Both the position numbers and the translations under genes were made by a program. A stretch of 64,000 bases of DNA from Candidatus Epulonipiscium sp. (lineage in GTDB: Bacteria > Bacillota > Clostridia > Lachnospirales > Defluviitaleaceae). Location: positions 4,411-68,410 of the forward strand of contig JAAYQR010000028.1 of assembly GCA_012519205.1 (NCBI GenBank), written 5' to 3'. Of the stretch, positions 60,239 through 64,000 are shown piece after piece; position 1 is the first letter of the stretch, and each line of letters opens with the position of its first letter. A model generated the notes under the pieces. It was given only the letters and a program-made list of their open reading frames with translations. It ran no database searches and was not told the DNA's origin.

Positions 60239-61900
60239 TTAGTTCTTAAGTACTCCGCCTGTGCTGGCAGATGTAACTAATTTTGCATATCTCGCAAGGT
60301 ATCCTGTTTTTATTTTAGGCTCCGGTACAACCCATTTTTCTTTTCTTGCTTCTAATTCTTCATCAGAAACTTCTAGCTGGAGTATACCTTTTACCATATC
60401 TATTGAGATGATATCCCCCTCTTCTACGAAAGCTATAGGACCTCCTTCAGCAGCCTCTGGGGATACATGGCCAATAGAGGCTCCTCTTGTTGCTCCGCTA
60501 AATCTTCCATCGGTGATAAGAGCTACATCCTTATCAAGCCCCATACCTGCTAGTGCCGATGTAGGGGTAAGCATTTCTCTCATCCCTGGACCACCCTTAG
60601 GTCCTTCATACCTGATAACAACTACCTCACCTTTATTTATCTTCCCCCCATAAATCGCCTCATTAACTTCTTCCTCAGAATCAAATACCCTAGCAGGACC
60701 CTTGTGAACAAGCATCTCTTCTGCCACTGCCGAACGTTTCACAACACATCCGTCCGGTGCTAAGTTTCCTTTTAATACGGCGATACCACCGGTTTGGCTA
60801 TATGGATTTTCGATTGGACGAATGATATCATGATTACGATTAAATGCAGGAGCAATATTTTCTCCTACAGTCTTTCCCGTAACCGTTGGAAGAGATAGAT
60901 TTAATAAGTCTTTTTTAGAAAGCTCTTTCATTACTGCTTGCACTCCCCCTGCTTCAAATAAATCTACAATGAAGCTAGGTCCTGCTGGAGCTAGTTTGCA
61001 TAAGTTAGGGGTCTTTGCACTGATTTCATTGGCAAGTTCTAAGTTTAGTAAAACCCCTGCTTCATGGGCAATAGCAGGAAGATGAAGCATGCTATTGGTG
61101 CTGCAGCCCAGAGCCATATCGACAGTTAAGGCATTTAAAAATGCTTCCTTGGTCATAATATCCTTCGGCTTTACATCTCGTTTTAAAAGTTCCATGACTG
61201 TCATTCCTGCTTTTTTAGCCAAACGTATCCTATCAGCATATACCGCAGGAATAGTGCCATTTCCAGGGAGCCCCATACCCAATGCTTCTGTTAAACAATT
61301 CATGCTATTTGCGGTAAACATACCAGAACAGGAGCCACAGCTTTGACAGGCAGAATCTTCGCATTTACGGAGTTCTTCTTCAGTCATTGTCCCAGCCTTA
61401 ACTGCTCCAACCGCTTCGAATACATCTGTTAAACTCAGTCTTTTTCCTTCCATACTTCCCGGCAGCATAGCTCCCCCACTTACAACAATGGTAGGAATAT
61501 TAACCCTTGCTGCTGCCATAAGCATAGCTGGAACGATTTTATCACAGTTTGGTATCATAACCAAAGCATCAAAACTATGGGCCATTGCCATGGTTTCTAT
61601 GGAATCCGCTATAAGTTCCCTTGAAGCTAGGGAATAATGCATTCCTATATGCCCCATAGCTATTCCATCACATACTCCTATGGCAGGAAACTCTATAGGA
61701 GTCCCTCCACCCATTCTAACCCCGGCCTTTACTGCTTCTGTGATGGTGTCCAGATGAATATGTCCGGGGATAATTTCATTCTTTGCATTCACTATACCTA
61801 TTAGAGGTTGTCTTATTTCTTCATCTGTATAACCCATCGCCTTAAATAAGGAACGATGAGGTGCTCTTTCTAGCCCACTTTTTGCACGATCGCTTCTCAT
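60239..61900 (-). CDS. ilvD: Dihydroxy-acid dehydratase
   Basis: [40 protein letters not shown]. Confidence 0.97.
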   Translation of the reverse strand: MRSDRAKSGLERAPHRSLFKAMGYTDEEIRQPLIGIVNAKNEIIPGHIHLDTITEAVKAGVRMGGGTPIEFPAIGVCDGIAMGHIGMHYSLASRELIADSIETMAMAHSFDALVMIPNCDKIVPAMLMAAARVNIPTIVVSGGAMLPGSMEGKRLSLTDVFEAVGAVKAGTMTEEELRKCEDSACQSCGSCSGMFTANSMNCLTEALGMGLPGNGTIPAVYADRIRLAKKAGMTVMELLKRDVKPKDIMTKEAFLNALTVDMALGCSTNSMLHLPAIAHEAGVLLNLELANEISAKTPNLCKLAPAGPSFIVDLFEAGGVQAVMKELSKKDLLNLSLPTVTGKTVGENIAPAFNRNHDIIRPIENPYSQTGGIAVLKGNLAPDGCVVKRSAVAEEMLVHKGPARVFDSEEEVNEAIYGGKINKGEVVVIRYEGPKGGPGMREMLTPTSALAGMGLDKDVALITDGRFSGATRGASIGHVSPEAAEGGPIAFVEEGDIISIDMVKGILQLEVSDEELEARKEKWVVPEPKIKTGYLARYAKLVTSASTGGVLKN

Positions 61901-61911
61901 ACTATCACTCC

Positions 61912-62796
61912 TTATTTGTAAATTGCTTCTCCATTACTATTTGCATATGATTGAAATGCTTCAAGAAGTTTTTTTGTTATCGGACCTGCGACACCATTTC
62001 CGATAACTCTTCCATCAACTTCGGTAACAGCAATGGCCTCTGCCGCTGTCCCTGTTAGGAAACATTCATCAGCATTATATACGTTAAATAAAGTAAATTC
62101 TTTTTCTACTACTTCCATGCCCATATCTTTTGCTAAATCCATTACGGTTCTTCTTGTAATCCCATCGAGAATTCCTATATGGATTGGTGGGGTATAGACT
62201 ACATTATCCTTTACGATAAAAATATTATCCCCTGTGCATTCTGCTACAATCCCATCATGGTTGAGCATCAATGCTTCCGGAACCCCTGCACGGTTTGCTT
62301 CTATTTTTGCAAGAATATTGTTAAGATAATTTAACGACTTAATTTGAGGGTCAACAATGGTTGCCTTGTTTCTTCTTTGAGCTGCTGTGATGATTGGCAT
62401 TCCCTTTTCATACATTTCCGGTGGGTAAAGTGTAATCGTTGAGGAGATACAAAATACTGTAGGTTTAGGACATTTAGTGGGACTAAGTCCTAGATCTCCC
62501 GCTCCTCTTGTTACAACCAAACGAATATATCCATCTTTTATATTGTTTTTTCTACAAGTTTCAAGTAAAATTTCCTTCATTTCTTCCTTGGTCATAGGGA
62601 TTTCTAGCATAATAGCCTTGGCTGCTGCATAAATCCTATCAATATGCTCTTTGCATTTGAATATACACCCATTATAAGCGCGAATACCTTCAAATACACC
62701 GTCCCCATATAGTAAACCATGATCAAATACAGATACCTTTGCCTCTGACTTTTTTACATATTCTCCGTCTAAATAAATGATTAATTCATCGGACAT
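61912..62796 (-). CDS. ilvE: Branched-chain amino acid aminotransferase
   Basis: [31 protein letters not shown]. Confidence 0.95.
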   Translation of the reverse strand: MSDELIIYLDGEYVKKSEAKVSVFDHGLLYGDGVFEGIRAYNGCIFKCKEHIDRIYAAAKAIMLEIPMTKEEMKEILLETCRKNNIKDGYIRLVVTRGAGDLGLSPTKCPKPTVFCISSTITLYPPEMYEKGMPIITAAQRRNKATIVDPQIKSLNYLNNILAKIEANRAGVPEALMLNHDGIVAECTGDNIFIVKDNVVYTPPIHIGILDGITRRTVMDLAKDMGMEVVEKEFTLFNVYNADECFLTGTAAEAIAVTEVDGRVIGNGVAGPITKKLLEAFQSYANSNGEAIYK

Positions 62797-62825
62797 ACTA
62801 CTACCTCCCGCTTTATCAGTTCGTT

Positions 62826-63896
62826 TTACAGTGCCTCTATAACAAGGCGGCCCATTTCTTTTGTTCCGATTAATTTCATACCCTCACTCATGATGTCCCC
62901 TGTGCGGAAGTTTTGTTCTAGTACCTTTGTTACTGCTTCTTCTATAGCAATTGCTTCTTTTTCTAAGTTAAAGGAATATCTAAGCATCATAGCCGCTGAA
63001 AGAATAGTAGCTAAAGGATTTGCTTTGTCTTGACCCGCTATATCAGGAGCAGAACCATGAATAGGCTCATACATTCCAAGGGTACCTTCCCCTAAACTAG
63101 CTGAAGGAAGCATTCCTATGGAACCAGTAATCATGCTGGCTTCATCGGATAATATATCCCCAAACATATTACTTGTAATAATAACGTCGAATTGCCTTGG
63201 ATTTCTAACTAACTGCATAGCTGCGTTATCTACATACATATGGTTTACTTCCACTTCTTCGTAATCCTTTGCCACTTCTTCTACTACTTTTCTCCAAAGT
63301 CGTGAGGATTCCAATATATTAGCTTTATCTATACTGGTTACTTTTTTGTTTCTTTTCATAGCAGCCTCAAAACCAACCCTTGCTATGCGTTCTACTTCCT
63401 TAATGGAATAACTTTCAGTATCGTAAGCTTCTTCACCCATCTTACCGGTTCTTCTTCCTCTTTCCCCAAAATAAATTCCACCGGTAAGTTCACGAACCAC
63501 TAATATATCCAATCCATCTCCTATAATTTCAGGCTTTAGAGGACAAGCATCTTTTAGCGCATTATGAAGTAGCGCAGGCCTAAGATTCGCAAAAAGTCCT
63601 AATTCTCCTCTAAGTCCTAAAAGAGCTTTCTCAGGTCTTTCATCCCCTGGTAAGTCATCCCACTTAGGTCCCCCAACAGCTCCCAACAATACAGAATCAC
63701 TTTTTTTGCAGATATCTATAGTCTCTTGTGGAAGGGGTTCTCCTTTTTTATCAATTGCCACTCCCCCAGCTAGCACTTCTGTGTAGTTAAAGGTATGACC
63801 AAACTTTTCACCGATTTTATCTAAAACAAGTATTGTTTGTTCTATAATGTCTGGACCTATTCCATCACCTGGGATGGTTGCTATATTAAATTTCAT
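62826..63896 (-). CDS. leuB: 3-isopropylmalate dehydrogenase
   Basis: [48 protein letters not shown]. Confidence 0.97.
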   Translation of the reverse strand: MKFNIATIPGDGIGPDIIEQTILVLDKIGEKFGHTFNYTEVLAGGVAIDKKGEPLPQETIDICKKSDSVLLGAVGGPKWDDLPGDERPEKALLGLRGELGLFANLRPALLHNALKDACPLKPEIIGDGLDILVVRELTGGIYFGERGRRTGKMGEEAYDTESYSIKEVERIARVGFEAAMKRNKKVTSIDKANILESSRLWRKVVEEVAKDYEEVEVNHMYVDNAAMQLVRNPRQFDVIITSNMFGDILSDEASMITGSIGMLPSASLGEGTLGMYEPIHGSAPDIAGQDKANPLATILSAAMMLRYSFNLEKEAIAIEEAVTKVLEQNFRTGDIMSEGMKLIGTKEMGRLVIEAL

Positions 63897-63954
63897 TTAA
63901 TTCCCTCCGTCTCTTAGTTTCAAAATAAAACACATTGTTCGTAATCTGAAAATC

Positions 63955-64000
63955 TATCATTTTGGGGCAGCGTAGAATACTGGTTGGAAATCCTTCGCTA
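63955..64000. repeat. Degenerate GTCATTCTGA-type palindromic repeat, copy 2 (cut by the window end)
   Basis: TATCATTTTGGGGCAGCGTAGAATAC...AAATCCTTCGCTA aligns by eye with the 24955 copy. Confidence 0.42.

Overview
Low-GC, spore-forming Clostridia chromosome segment (Lachnospirales-like by inference). In order: the 5' part of a type I-C CRISPR-Cas operon (cas3-cas5c-cas8c-cas7, cut by the window edge, no array visible); msrB; a Gfo/Idh/MocA oxidoreductase; a 14.2-kb eight-gene operon (7142-21310); cobD-like aminotransferase; DUF815 ATPase; THF-riboswitch/folT; regulator+potABCD; sleC; hemerythrin; rubrerythrin; tandem Csp subtilase fusion; frameshifted lipase; DEDDh exonuclease; metA; tRNA-fMet; sbcCD; an AraR-controlled arabinose cluster; MarR/MATE; BirA-site/bioY; cobalamin-riboswitch/BtuFCD; and leuB-ilvE-ilvD-ilvB. 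The best candidate for an undescribed system is the eight-gene operon. It encodes four lid-less Hsp70 paralogs (one a probable pseudo-ATPase, one fused to a vWA domain), a 640-aa protein ending in a GrpE domain, two DUF5717-like scaffold proteins and a TPR protein. It has no J-domain protein and no visible CIRCE element. Several single-base deletions in homopolymers suggest assembly errors or slippage. All family assignments are from motif recognition by eye, not database searches.
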